Positions 30,224 to 39,109 are shown, counted from the stretch's first letter. The stretch: DNA of 61,591 nucleotides from Gammaproteobacteria bacterium (GCA_026989495.1 JALSJE010000073.1:1-61591), one strand, 5' to 3'. Notes: generated by a model not told the origin, from the letters alone. Numbers and translations are program-made.

Positions 30224-30992
30224 GGCGCGCGGCGAGGGCGGCGCGGACTTTCTCATCCGCGATCCCGTCTGCGGCATGGGTCTGGACCCCCGCCGGGCCG
30301 CCGCGACGGCCGAGCATGGCGGGCGGCTCTTCTATTTCTGCTCCGAGGGCTGCCGCATGCGGTTCCTGCGCGATCCGGACCGTTTCGCAGGTGGGGGTGC
30401 GACGCCGCGGCTGTGCGTGGGCGTGATGGGCTCGGCCGCCGGAGAGGTCCCGCCGGAGGCGAGGGAGCGGGCCTATGCGCTGGGGCAGGCCATCGCGCGC
30501 CGCGGCTACGTGCTGGTCACCGGCGCCTGCCCGGGCCTGCCCTACGAGTGCGCCCGCGGCGCGCGCAACTTCGGTGGCCTCTCGGTGGGGATCTCGCCCG
30601 CCCTCAGCCTCGACGAGCACCTGCACAAGTACCACTCGCCCGCGGACGCCTACGACGTGATCGTCTACACCGGCAGCGGGCTGATGGGGCGCGAGGTCAC
30701 CAACATCCGCTCCAGCGACCTCGTGATCATCCTCGGCGGCCGCTCGGGGACGCTCGGCGAGTTCGCCATCGCCTATGACGAGGGCAGGCTCATCGGCGTG
30801 CTGGAGGGGACGGGCGGCATCGCCGACCATCTGCGGGGGATCGTGGCGGCCCTGGACAAGGAGACGGGCGCCCGGGTGCTCTACGACTCCGATCCCGTGC
30901 GTTTGCTGGAGCGCCTCGCCGAGGCCTACCGGCGGGGACACTACCGTCGCCCTTCCTGCTTCTGCGCGGAGATGCCGGCGGCCGGGGGCTGA
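30216..30992 (+). CDS. YHS domain fused to a LOG/TIGR00725-like nucleotide-binding domain
   Basis: DPVCGM..FYFCSEGC; VGVMGS, TGACPGLP, GGRSGTLGE. Confidence 0.85.
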   Translation: MPEARGEGGADFLIRDPVCGMGLDPRRAAATAEHGGRLFYFCSEGCRMRFLRDPDRFAGGGATPRLCVGVMGSAAGEVPPEARERAYALGQAIARRGYVLVTGACPGLPYECARGARNFGGLSVGISPALSLDEHLHKYHSPADAYDVIVYTGSGLMGREVTNIRSSDLVIILGGRSGTLGEFAIAYDEGRLIGVLEGTGGIADHLRGIVAALDKETGARVLYDSDPVRLLERLAEAYRRGHYRRPSCFCAEMPAAGG

Positions 30993-30996
30993 GCGC

Positions 30997-31587
30997 TCAG
31001 CGGCGGCGGAAGGTGGTGTGGTGGCAGCGGGGGCAGGGCGGGAGGCGGCCCGTGCGCTCGAGCCGGATGGTCTCGCCGCAGCGCGTGCAGACGAAGGTGC
31101 CGGCGTGGGCCACCTCGCCCGTGTGGTAGGCGAGCGCCGCGTCCAGCCGGTCGCCCAGCTCCTGCGCCCACTCGCCGAGCGCGCGGGCGGCGAGCGCGGC
31201 CAGGTGGCCGCCGCGGTCGCGCAGGGTCTCCAGCAGGCCGCCCGCGGTGTCGGTCAGGCGCTCGACGCCGGGCCTGAGCTCACGGGCGGCCGACAGCAGG
31301 TCCTTGCGCACGGTCTCGGCCGCGCGCCCCAGGGTCCCGGCCGTGAAGCGGCCGGCCTCGCGCAGACGGCGCACGCCCTCGTCCACCGCGCGCCGCATCT
31401 GCTCCGGGCTCAGGCGCTCCTGCGCCTCCTCGAGCAGCGCGCGCACCTCGCGCCGCAGGGCCTCGTAGGCCGCCTGCGCCTCGCGCGCCTCCGACGTCTC
31501 CTCACCGGTGCCTTCGCCCTTACCCGGCGCGGCGGGCGCCGCGGCGGTGGTCGCTTCGGTGTCCTGCTGCTTTTCGTCTTCGGCCAT
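30997..31587 (-). CDS. Zinc-ribbon protein (DUF1451-like)
   Basis: Helical N-terminus, then YHTGEV..GTFVCTRCG..LPPCPRC..FRR. Confidence 0.82.
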   Translation of the reverse strand: MAEDEKQQDTEATTAAAPAAPGKGEGTGEETSEAREAQAAYEALRREVRALLEEAQERLSPEQMRRAVDEGVRRLREAGRFTAGTLGRAAETVRKDLLSAARELRPGVERLTDTAGGLLETLRDRGGHLAALAARALGEWAQELGDRLDAALAYHTGEVAHAGTFVCTRCGETIRLERTGRLPPCPRCHHTTFRRR

Positions 31588-31631
31588 GGTCGGCTCCCGC
31601 GGCTGGGCGACGTCCCGGCCGGACCGGGCCG

Positions 31632-32324
31632 TCACATGATGAAGAAGGCCTCGTAGATCATATAGAGGCCGGTCGCCACGAGCACAAGGCCGGCGGCGAG
31701 GTCCAGCCTCCGGCTCCAGGCGGTGGCCGCGCGCAGCCGTTCGAGCCAACCCACCGCCAGCGCCCCGGCCAGCAGCGGCACGGCCCGCCCCAGGGCGAAG
31801 GCGGCGAGCAGCGCCGCACCGAAGGCGACCGAGCCGGCCCCGGCCGCCGCCGAGAGCATCACCAGGAGCGCGGGCGTGCACACGGGGCAGACGGCGACGG
31901 AGAAGGGAACGCCGAGCAGGAAGGCGCCCCAGGGGCCCGCCACCGGCCGCCCCCGCACCGTGAACCATGGTATCGAGAGCCGCAGCCACCCTGCCCAGGC
32001 CAGGCCCAGCGCGACGAGCAGCGGCCCGAGCGCGAGCCCCCACCAGCGGCCGAGCAGCGCCCTGGCCCATCCGCCGCCGAGGGCGGCCGCGACCCCGAGC
32101 GCGACGTGCGCGGCCAGCATGCCCGCGGCGAAGGCCAGCGCCAGCGCGAAGGTCCGGCGCGGCGCCCGCGCCGGCGCCACGTAGGCGAGAACGACCGGTA
32201 TGGAGGCGAAGACCAGCGGGTTGAAGGAAAAGAGGAGGCCTGCGGCGAAGCCCAGCACAAGCCCCCACAGGGAGGGCTCCTCGAGCACGAAGGCGAGGCT
32301 GTCGAGGTCCGTGACCAGCTCCAT
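31632..32324 (-). CDS. CcdA/DsbD-type membrane protein
   Basis: Six TM helices, AGLLFSFNP (first Cys absent), CPVCTP. Confidence 0.75.
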   Translation of the reverse strand: MELVTDLDSLAFVLEEPSLWGLVLGFAAGLLFSFNPLVFASIPVVLAYVAPARAPRRTFALALAFAAGMLAAHVALGVAAALGGGWARALLGRWWGLALGPLLVALGLAWAGWLRLSIPWFTVRGRPVAGPWGAFLLGVPFSVAVCPVCTPALLVMLSAAAGAGSVAFGAALLAAFALGRAVPLLAGALAVGWLERLRAATAWSRRLDLAAGLVLVATGLYMIYEAFFIM

Positions 32325-32334
32325 GGCCGTGCCC

Positions 32335-33033
32335 TCACGCCCTCGCCGGCCGTGTCCAGGTGAAGTGCTCGAAGACGCCGGACCAGTACATGCCGAAGGC
32401 CACGGCGAAGCCGAGCTCCTCGACCGGCATCCCGAACAACTGGATCCCGCTCAGCGCTTCCAGGTTCCACACCCGCTCGATGTAGCCCGGCGAGAGCCAT
32501 TCGAGCCCCTGCAGGAAGACGACGTAGTAGCCCAGGAAGACGAGCCCGCCCACCCAGGTCTTGCGCGCGAGATCCGGACGGCAGGCGACATTGGCCGCCG
32601 CCCCGATCGCCAGCGCGAGGATGGCGGGATAGATCGGGTTCCACGGCAGCAGGAGCAGGGGCGGGAAGGCGAGGAAGGGTGCGGCCAGCGCCCAGCGGTG
32701 GAAGCGGTGACGGGGATGGCAGCGCTCGTGGGCCGGCAGGGGGGCCGGCGCGCGTCCCGTGAGCACGTTGTAGAGCACCGCGCCCACGCCCCCGATGCCG
32801 AAGCAGAAGATCAGGCTCTCGATGTCGAACCCCGTGCGCAGGGCCAGGTCGAACAGGCTCGGCGGCGCCCAGTACTCCGGCACGAACAGCGGCTCGCTGA
32901 GCCCGAAGGGCGTGGTGTACAGGCTCGCCCAGAGCATCGCCCTGCGGTTCGCGGGCGACAGCCACCAGGCGAGCGCCCACGGCACCAGGAAGGCGCTCGA
33001 CCATACGAGCCATACATACTGGTCGGGGACCAT
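32335..33033 (-). CDS. Lycopene-cyclase-domain membrane protein
   Basis: EPLFVPEYW, DIESLIF, W..SGI..GMPVEE repeated-domain motifs. Confidence 0.75.
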   Translation of the reverse strand: MVPDQYVWLVWSSAFLVPWALAWWLSPANRRAMLWASLYTTPFGLSEPLFVPEYWAPPSLFDLALRTGFDIESLIFCFGIGGVGAVLYNVLTGRAPAPLPAHERCHPRHRFHRWALAAPFLAFPPLLLLPWNPIYPAILALAIGAAANVACRPDLARKTWVGGLVFLGYYVVFLQGLEWLSPGYIERVWNLEALSGIQLFGMPVEELGFAVAFGMYWSGVFEHFTWTRPARA

Positions 33034-33066
33034 ACGCTTCCCGTACGCGCCGTCATTCCCCTGCTC

Positions 33067-33097
33067 ATGTAAACCTGCAAGCAGGTGCCAGCTTCAA
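33067..33097 (-). promoter_or_regulatory. MerR-type promoter 2
   Basis: Minus strand TTGAAG-19/20 bp-(T)TACAT with AGCTG-N11-CAGGT. Confidence 0.6.
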
Positions 33098-33330
33098 GCG
33101 CCCCCCCAAGGTTCCCAAGGGCGGGGGCGGCGGGGCCCGCGGGGCGGGCGTCGGCGGCCATGGACGGCCGCCGCCGAGCCGCAGGGACGCATTTGGCGTC
33201 CCGCACCGCGGGCCCCGGCGCAAAACCGCCCCGCGACCGTCGCAGGCGCACACGCTCCCGCCGCCACCGGCCCCACACTGCCTTCGCGGCCGCTTCCGCT
33301 GCGTCCGTGGAGCGGGCGCCGCATTCCCCC

Positions 33331-33379
33331 ATAGGCGCGGCTTCCTGCCGCGCCGGGACCGGCTGGAAGCCGGCCCCAC
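33331..33379. repeat. REP-like doublet
   Basis: ATAGGCGCGGCTTCCTGCCGCG..CGGCTGGAAGCCGGCCCCAC; near-identical copy at 36093-36141. Confidence 0.65.
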
Positions 33380-33399
33380 GGGGGAGGCGGCCGATACGC

Positions 33400-34410
33400 T
33401 CAGGTGTTGCCGAGGACGGCGAGCCAGAAGGGCACCTTGCCGGGCTCGATCCAGCCCGTGACCTCGAGCTTGCCGAGGTCGATCACCGCCACCTTGCTGA
33501 GCCCGGTGACCGCCACGTAGGCCTTGTGCCCGTCGGCGCTCGCGCGCACGCCGTGCGGGCCCTGGCCCACCTCGATGCGCTTGACCACCTCGAGCGTGCC
33601 GGCGTCCACCACGGTGACGACCTTGCCCGCGATGCCGGTGACCAGCACGTAGCGCCCGTCGGGCGTCACGTCCACCCCGTAGTGCGGCGGGCTGAGCGGG
33701 ATGCGCTTGACGATGCGCCGGCCGGGGATGTCGATCACCGTGAGATCCATGCTCGCGTTGTTGGCCACGAACAGGCGTGTGCCGTCGGGCGAGATGTCCA
33801 CGTTGTGCGGCGCCTTCCCTGCGGGGAGCTCGCCGACCTTCTCCAGCCGCTCCATGTCCACCACCGCGATGCGGTCGGTGCCCTGGAGCGTGACGTAGAG
33901 GGTGCGGTTGTCGGGCGAGAGCACGCTGTTGTGGGGCATGGGACCCACGGCGATGGTCTTGACCGGCCGCAGGCGCTCGACGTCGATGACGGTGATGGTG
34001 CCCGCCCCCTCGTCGGCGGCGATGGCGTAGCGGCCCTTGCGGTCCACCTTGATGCCCTTGGGCGTCTTGCCCACGGGGATCCTGGCGAGGCGCTTCCCGC
34101 TGTGGGCGTCATAGGCATAGATGGCGTCCTCGGCAGCGCTGGTGGCGAAGACCACCTTGCCGGCAGGGTCGGCCGAGACGTAGGTCATGGCCTTGCCCGC
34201 GGGCCACTTCTTGGCGTGACCCTTCATGTGACCGTGGTCCGCCATCGCCATGAGCGGGGCCACGGCGTTCTCGCCCTTGAGCGTCACCCAGGCCAGGTCG
34301 CCGTCGGCGGCAGCGGGCCGGGCGGTGCCGATCAGGGGGGCCGCGCAGGCGGCGGCCAACAGGGCGAGGGTGCTCCGAATGGTGCGGTTGCGCATGCGTG
34401 CCTCCTTCAT
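33400..34410 (-). CDS. Periplasmic YVTN/YncE beta-propeller protein
   Basis: Signal peptide and repeated (I)xVGxxPH..SPDG..YV motifs. Confidence 0.88.
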   Translation of the reverse strand: MKEARMRNRTIRSTLALLAAACAAPLIGTARPAAADGDLAWVTLKGENAVAPLMAMADHGHMKGHAKKWPAGKAMTYVSADPAGKVVFATSAAEDAIYAYDAHSGKRLARIPVGKTPKGIKVDRKGRYAIAADEGAGTITVIDVERLRPVKTIAVGPMPHNSVLSPDNRTLYVTLQGTDRIAVVDMERLEKVGELPAGKAPHNVDISPDGTRLFVANNASMDLTVIDIPGRRIVKRIPLSPPHYGVDVTPDGRYVLVTGIAGKVVTVVDAGTLEVVKRIEVGQGPHGVRASADGHKAYVAVTGLSKVAVIDLGKLEVTGWIEPGKVPFWLAVLGNT

Positions 34411-34412
34411 GG

Positions 34413-35045
34413 TCAGGCCTCCTCCAGGTGGGGTTGGCTGTCGTTGGGGTGGCGCGGACGGGCCGGGCCGTGCAGGAGGGCCCGCCCCAGGCCCGCCAGG
34501 GCCTCGGACGCCTCCGGCGGGCCGAAGGCGAGCACCGTCACGGCGCCGCGCGCCGCGACGCGCCAGGCCCGCCCGCCGGTCCTGCCCCGGCTGGGCAGGC
34601 GGCCCTGCCAGCGGCCGCCGGTCTCGACCAGCACCTCAGTCACGGTGCCGTCGGCGAGCACCAGACGCAGATGCCGGACGAGCACGCCGGCGACCACGCA
34701 GTTCTTGGTGAGCAGCAGATGCGCGCCCGGCGGGAGCGTGAGCCCCGCCCGGGCGAGCCAGCGCAGGGGTGGGCCGGTGCGCACGCCCTCCAGAGAACGC
34801 TCCTCCTCCAGGTGCCGGAGCGCCGCCTCCACCAGCGGCGCCGGCTGCCGCTGGGCGGGCAGGGCCAGCCAGAGGCCGGCCGCCAGCGCGCCGGCGAGCG
34901 CGGCGGCGAGTGCGCGTGCCCGCAGGCGCCGGCGGGCCTGGCGGCGCTGCTCGGCCAGATTGGCGCGCAGCCGCGCGGCGAGATCCGCCGGCACGGCGGG
35001 ACGCCGCAGCAGCGTTCGCAGCCGTTCGTCGTCCAGTCCCGGCAT
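34413..35045 (-). CDS. Putative anti-sigma factor (one TM helix)
   Basis: Directly downstream of the ECF sigma; D..LR..L..VP..L..RL, TM helix, periplasmic domain with H and C. Confidence 0.7.
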   Translation of the reverse strand: MPGLDDERLRTLLRRPAVPADLAARLRANLAEQRRQARRRLRARALAAALAGALAAGLWLALPAQRQPAPLVEAALRHLEEERSLEGVRTGPPLRWLARAGLTLPPGAHLLLTKNCVVAGVLVRHLRLVLADGTVTEVLVETGGRWQGRLPSRGRTGGRAWRVAARGAVTVLAFGPPEASEALAGLGRALLHGPARPRHPNDSQPHLEEA

Positions 35046-35052
35046 CGCTCGT

Positions 35053-35595
35053 CTACCTCCTTCTGCCGACGGGCAGCGGCACCACGCGCCCTCCTGGGGC
35101 CGGCCCTGCCAGCGCGGTCTCCAGGGCCCGGCGTGCCCGTGCGATGCGGCTCATCACGGTGCCGATCGGGATGTCCAGCAGCCTGGCGATCTCACGGTAG
35201 GAGAGGCCGTGCAGGGCGTGCAGCAGCAGGATCTCGCGCTGTGCGGGCGCGAGCCGCTGCAGGGCCGCGGCGAGGTCCAGCATGAGCGCCGTGTCCTCGT
35301 CGTCCCCGGCCGCGCGGGTTTCCGGCGCGGCGATCTCCAAGGGCTCGGCACGCCCGAGCGCATCGCCGCTGGCGAGATGCCGCGCGAGCCGCCGACGCAG
35401 GATGGTGAGCAGCCACGCCAGCCCCGCGCGCTCGGCGCGCAGGCGCCCGAGCCCTTTCCAGGCCTCGTGGTAGGTCTCCTGCACCAGGTCGTCGGCCAGG
35501 TGCGGGTCACCCGTCATCCACAGGGCGTGGCGATAGAGCGCCGCATGGTGGCGCTCGATCAGCCGCTCCATCAGGGCATGCCGCCCGAGCCGCAT
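35053..35595 (-). CDS. ECF RNA polymerase sigma factor
   Basis: ADDLVQET, AWLLTI, GLSYREIARLLDIPIGTVMSRIARAR. Confidence 0.93.
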   Translation of the reverse strand: MRLGRHALMERLIERHHAALYRHALWMTGDPHLADDLVQETYHEAWKGLGRLRAERAGLAWLLTILRRRLARHLASGDALGRAEPLEIAAPETRAAGDDEDTALMLDLAAALQRLAPAQREILLLHALHGLSYREIARLLDIPIGTVMSRIARARRALETALAGPAPGGRVVPLPVGRRR

Positions 35596-35620
35596 CCGGC
35601 CCTCCCCGTCAGCGTGTCCT

Positions 35621-35781
35621 GGAAACTCAATCCGCGGCGCGGATTGATCAGCATCGAGGCGCTTCGCGGTCCATTTTGATTTTTCTTCGCATTGTCATGC
35701 ACTTCCCTGTGCATGGGTCGTCCCGCGGCCGTCCCCGGCCGCGGGGAAGGCCTGAAAAATCCGCGATTTTTCAGGCCTTCC
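35621..35781 (-). repeat. Dispersed multi-hairpin repeat, copy C (near full length)
   Basis: Reverse complement begins GGAAGGCCTGAAAAATC and ends GATTGAGTTTCC. Confidence 0.9.
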
Positions 35782-36092
35782 TCCTGAGAGTGCGCCGCGC
35801 GGGCGCTGTTATTCCCGCACGGGCGCATTTGCCGGCGCTTCTGTCGTCTCATGGGTGCCGCGATTCGGATGGCCGCACGCCGGTAAGGCGTGAGCGCCTG
35901 CGATGGCCGCGGGTCGGTTGGCGCGGGGGTCCGCGAAGAGGCGCGGCTTCGGCGACCCTCGCAGGCCGCACCCCACCTCGCCGGCGCCGTCCCGCCGCCC
36001 TCGCGGCCGCTTCACCTCCGTCTGCGGGTGAGGCTTCCAGGACACCGCGCCTCTCCCCCCAGGCGCGGTTTCCAGCATGCGACCCTTCCTCC

Positions 36093-36141
36093 GTAGGCGC
36101 GGCTTCCAGCCGCGCCGGGGTCGGCTGGAAGCCAGCCCCAC
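36093..36141. repeat. REP-like doublet
   Basis: GTAGGCGCGGCTTCCAGCCGCG..CGGCTGGAAGCCAGCCCCAC, with a GTAG/GTGG foot and palindrome. Confidence 0.65.
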
Positions 36142-36349
36142 GGGGGGGTCGGGCGCCGGGCCGGCTGGAAGCCGCCCAACGGGGAAGGCCGGCGCTGCAG
36201 AGGCCGGCGTGCCCTTCCGGGCTGCACCGGGTGGTCTGAGAGGCTCTCGGCCCTGTGCGTGCCAGCTTCCATGTGCCTTGTCCGCGCATGCCGGCTGCGA
36301 TACGCCTCGACGACAAAGGGGATCCCCCGAGAATGCGGAAGAACCCGAT

Positions 36350-36511
36350 GGAAGGCCTGCGAAATCTCGATCTTTCGGGGCTTCCCCGCGGCCAGGGACG
36401 GCCGCGGGGGGCCCATGCACAGGGAAGTGCATGACAGCTCAAGGAACATCCGAATGGCCGCGGAGCACCTCAGCGCTGATCGATCCGTGCAGCGGATTGA
36501 TCAGAGCTTCC
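36350..36511 (+). repeat. Dispersed multi-hairpin repeat, copy D (full length, 162 bp)
   Basis: GGAAGGCCTG...CAGAGCTTCC imperfect terminal inverted repeats enclosing four hairpins. Confidence 0.9.
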
Positions 36512-36517
36512 CGATTT

Positions 36518-36548
36518 TTGACCTGTGCGCCGCTTGCATGTCTATAAA
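36518..36548 (+). promoter_or_regulatory. MerR-type promoter 3
   Basis: TTGACC-19 bp-TATAAA with ACCTG-N11-CATGT. Confidence 0.75.
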
Positions 36549-36611
36549 GAGGGCACGAGGGTCGCCTGCGCACGCTGTGATGACGGGTCGTGGGGCCCGG
36601 GAGGTGCGAGG

Positions 36612-36803
36612 ATGGAGAAGGATCCGGTCTGCGGCATGGAGGTGGCGCCCGAGCGGGCGGCCGCCAGGGTGGAGCACGGCGGACGGACCTGGTGGTTCTG
36701 TTCGGAGGCCTGCCGGCGGGCCTTCGAGCAGGATCCGGACCGCTACGTCCAGGCGGCCGGGGCCGCCGCGGGCCACCACGGCGAGGGCCGGCCCGGCCGC
36801 TGA
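36612..36803 (+). CDS. YHS-domain metal-binding protein
   Basis: KDPVCGMEV..WFCSEAC..F..DP.RY, His tail. Confidence 0.88.
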   Translation: MEKDPVCGMEVAPERAAARVEHGGRTWWFCSEACRRAFEQDPDRYVQAAGAAAGHHGEGRPGR

Positions 36804-36807
36804 GCGC

Positions 36808-37821
36808 GTGCGCCACGTCCCGGCCACGGGGCAGCGGAGCTGCCATGACGCCCGGGGACGCGAGCGCCCGTGCGCGGGCACGGGGGAGGATGCCGAGCTG
36901 CGACGGGGCGTGCCCTGGCCCGAGCCGCGCTTCGCGGCGTCGGGTCCCGTGGTCGAGGACCGTCTCACCGGACTCGTGTGGAGCCGCGACGCGAACCTGC
37001 CGGGCTTCCCCCTCACCTGGGCGGAGGCGCTGGACTTCGTCGCCCGGCTCAACGCCCGGGGGGTGATGGGCTTCGGGGACTGGCGCCTGCCCAACCGGCG
37101 CGAGCTGCGCAGCCTGGTCAGCCACCAGGCCCGCCGCCCGGCCCTGCCCGAGGGTCACCCCTTCGAGAACGTCTTCTGCGGCTGGTACTGGAGCTCGACC
37201 ACCTACGCGGGCGCGCCGGAGCATGCCTGGTGCGTGGACATGGACGGCGGGCGCATGTTCTACGGCGGCAAGGACCAGTCCTTCCTGGTCTGGCCCGTGC
37301 GCGGGCGGGGCAACGGGCTGCTCGCGCGCACGGGGCAGTCGCGTTGCCACGGCCCCGACGGGCGTTCGACGGGCTGCGCCGGGACTGGTCAGGATGGTGA
37401 GCTGCGCATGGGCGCGCCCTGGCCCGAGCCGCGCTTCGTCCCCCGGGGAGAGGCCGTGCTGGACCGGCTGACGGGGCTCGAATGGCACCGCCGCGCCGAT
37501 CTCCCCGGCCGGCCCTGCACCTGGCAGGAGGCGCTGGATCTGGTCGCCGCGCTCGGCTCGGGCGGGCCGGGCGCCGCGCGCTGGCGGCTGCCCAACGTCA
37601 ACGAGCTCGAGTCGCTCACGGACTGCGCCCGCGCAGGGCCTGCCCTGCCTGCGGGACACCCCTTCGAGGGCACGGGGGTGGAGGGCTGCTGGTCGTCCAC
37701 CACGAGCCTCTACGAGCCGGACTGGGCGTGGGCGCTCTACCTGCAGAAGGGTGCGATCGGCGTGGGGCAGAAGGCGGGCGCCCATTTCCACGTCTGGCCG
37801 GTGCGCGAGGCCGGCCCTTGA
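36808..37821 (+). CDS. Tandem DUF1566 (Lcl C-terminal-like) protein
   Basis: Two repeats of TGQ..C...C.GTG.D.EL..G..WPEPRF..DRLTGL.W..WRLPN..EL.SL..WSSTT..WPVR. GTG start is inferred. Confidence 0.85.
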   Translation: MRHVPATGQRSCHDARGRERPCAGTGEDAELRRGVPWPEPRFAASGPVVEDRLTGLVWSRDANLPGFPLTWAEALDFVARLNARGVMGFGDWRLPNRRELRSLVSHQARRPALPEGHPFENVFCGWYWSSTTYAGAPEHAWCVDMDGGRMFYGGKDQSFLVWPVRGRGNGLLARTGQSRCHGPDGRSTGCAGTGQDGELRMGAPWPEPRFVPRGEAVLDRLTGLEWHRRADLPGRPCTWQEALDLVAALGSGGPGAARWRLPNVNELESLTDCARAGPALPAGHPFEGTGVEGCWSSTTSLYEPDWAWALYLQKGAIGVGQKAGAHFHVWPVREAGP

Positions 37822-37848
37822 CCTGTGCGCTGCATGCAGGTTCAGGTT
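37818..37848 (+). promoter_or_regulatory. MerR-type promoter 4
   Basis: TTGACC-19 bp-CAGGTT with ACCTG-N11-CAGGT. Confidence 0.7.
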
Positions 37849-37931
37849 GTCGGCAGACTGGGGGCCTTGGCCCGCCGCCCGGCGCGGCTGGCCCCTGAGG
37901 ATGGGAACGAAACGGAGAGGAGGGAGACGAG

Positions 37932-38690
37932 ATGGGAAACGGGCATGAAATCGGGCGCGGCCGCGCCCCGGCTGCCCTGGCCGCCGTCCTGGCGGCAGGG
38001 GCGATCCTGATGTCGTCCGGAATCCACGCCCAGCAGCCGGCCGGCACCATGCGGCACGGCATGTCCGGCATGGATGCGATGGGCGGCATGGGCATGGCGG
38101 GCGGCGGCATGATGGGCATGGGCGGCATGATGGGCATGATGCCCATGATGATGCGCGGCATGATGGGCGGCCGCGGCATGATGCCCGGAGCCATGGGCGG
38201 GATGATGCCCATGGGGCCCATGGGCATGATGGGCGGCGGCATGATGGGCATGGGCGGCATGATGCCCGGGATGATGGGCGGCCCCTTCGCCATGCTCGAC
38301 CTGAGCGACGACCAGCGCGGGAGGCTCCGCGCCATCCAGCGCGAGACGGCCTCGAAGATCCGCCGCCTGTGGGTGCAGATGGCCGACGAGGCCGACCGGC
38401 TGCGCGACCTGTACGCGGCCGAGCGGCCGGACCCGAAGGCGATCGGCCGCGCCTACGGCAGGATCTTCGACATCAAGCGGCAGATCATCGAGGCCCGGGT
38501 GGCGGCGCGCAACCGCATGATGGACGTGCTCACCCCCGCGCAGCGCAAGCGCCTGCGCGAGATGCGCCGCCGGATGCGGCAGGGGGCCATGGGAATGATG
38601 GGCGGTAGCGGTCAGGGCGCCGCCGGTCCCGGCCCGATGGGAGGCAGGAACGGCGCCCCTGACCACCGGCGGATGATGGAGGGCCGGTGA
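37932..38690 (+). CDS. Spy/CpxP-family periplasmic protein with a long Met/Gly-rich tract
   Basis: Signal peptide, MMG repeats, LDLSDDQ and VLTPAQR (LTxxQ) motifs. Confidence 0.85.
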   Translation: MGNGHEIGRGRAPAALAAVLAAGAILMSSGIHAQQPAGTMRHGMSGMDAMGGMGMAGGGMMGMGGMMGMMPMMMRGMMGGRGMMPGAMGGMMPMGPMGMMGGGMMGMGGMMPGMMGGPFAMLDLSDDQRGRLRAIQRETASKIRRLWVQMADEADRLRDLYAAERPDPKAIGRAYGRIFDIKRQIIEARVAARNRMMDVLTPAQRKRLREMRRRMRQGAMGMMGGSGQGAAGPGPMGGRNGAPDHRRMMEGR

Positions 38691-39082
38691 CGCGAACGGC
38701 GGGTGCTGCCGCGGTCATGGCGCTGGCGCTGGCCGCGCTGGCGGGCTGCGGCGAGGGCGGCGACGGGCGCGGCCGGCTCCACCTGCCGGGGCCCGGCTTC
38801 GTGCCGGACCCCGGACGGGGGCAGGCGCTGTTCCGCGCCCACTGCGCGGAATGTCATGGCGTGGACGCGCGCGGGACCGCGAAGGGGCCGCCGCTGGTCC
38901 ATCCGGTGTACCGGCCTTCGCACCATGCCGATCTCGCCTTCCACTTCGCCGTGCGCGACGGCGTGCGCCAGCATCACTGGCATTATGGCGACATGCCGCC
39001 CGTGCCGGGGCTCACGCCAGAGGCGGTGGGGCACATCGTGGCCTGGGTGCGGGCCGAGCAGCGCCGCGCCGGCATCCGCTGA
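38687..39082 (+). CDS. Lipoprotein monoheme cytochrome c
   Basis: LAGC, CAECHG, GPPLVHPVYRPSHH, HHW.YGDMPP. Confidence 0.9.
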   Translation: MTRTAGAAAVMALALAALAGCGEGGDGRGRLHLPGPGFVPDPGRGQALFRAHCAECHGVDARGTAKGPPLVHPVYRPSHHADLAFHFAVRDGVRQHHWHYGDMPPVPGLTPEAVGHIVAWVRAEQRRAGIR

Positions 39083-39109
39083 ACCGTCCGGATCGGAAAG
39101 GAGGATCCA

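Noticed and set aside
36259-37821. DUF1566 as a diversity-generating retroelement target
   Set aside because: No reverse transcriptase and no template repeat differing only at adenines; the two domains are an old duplication.
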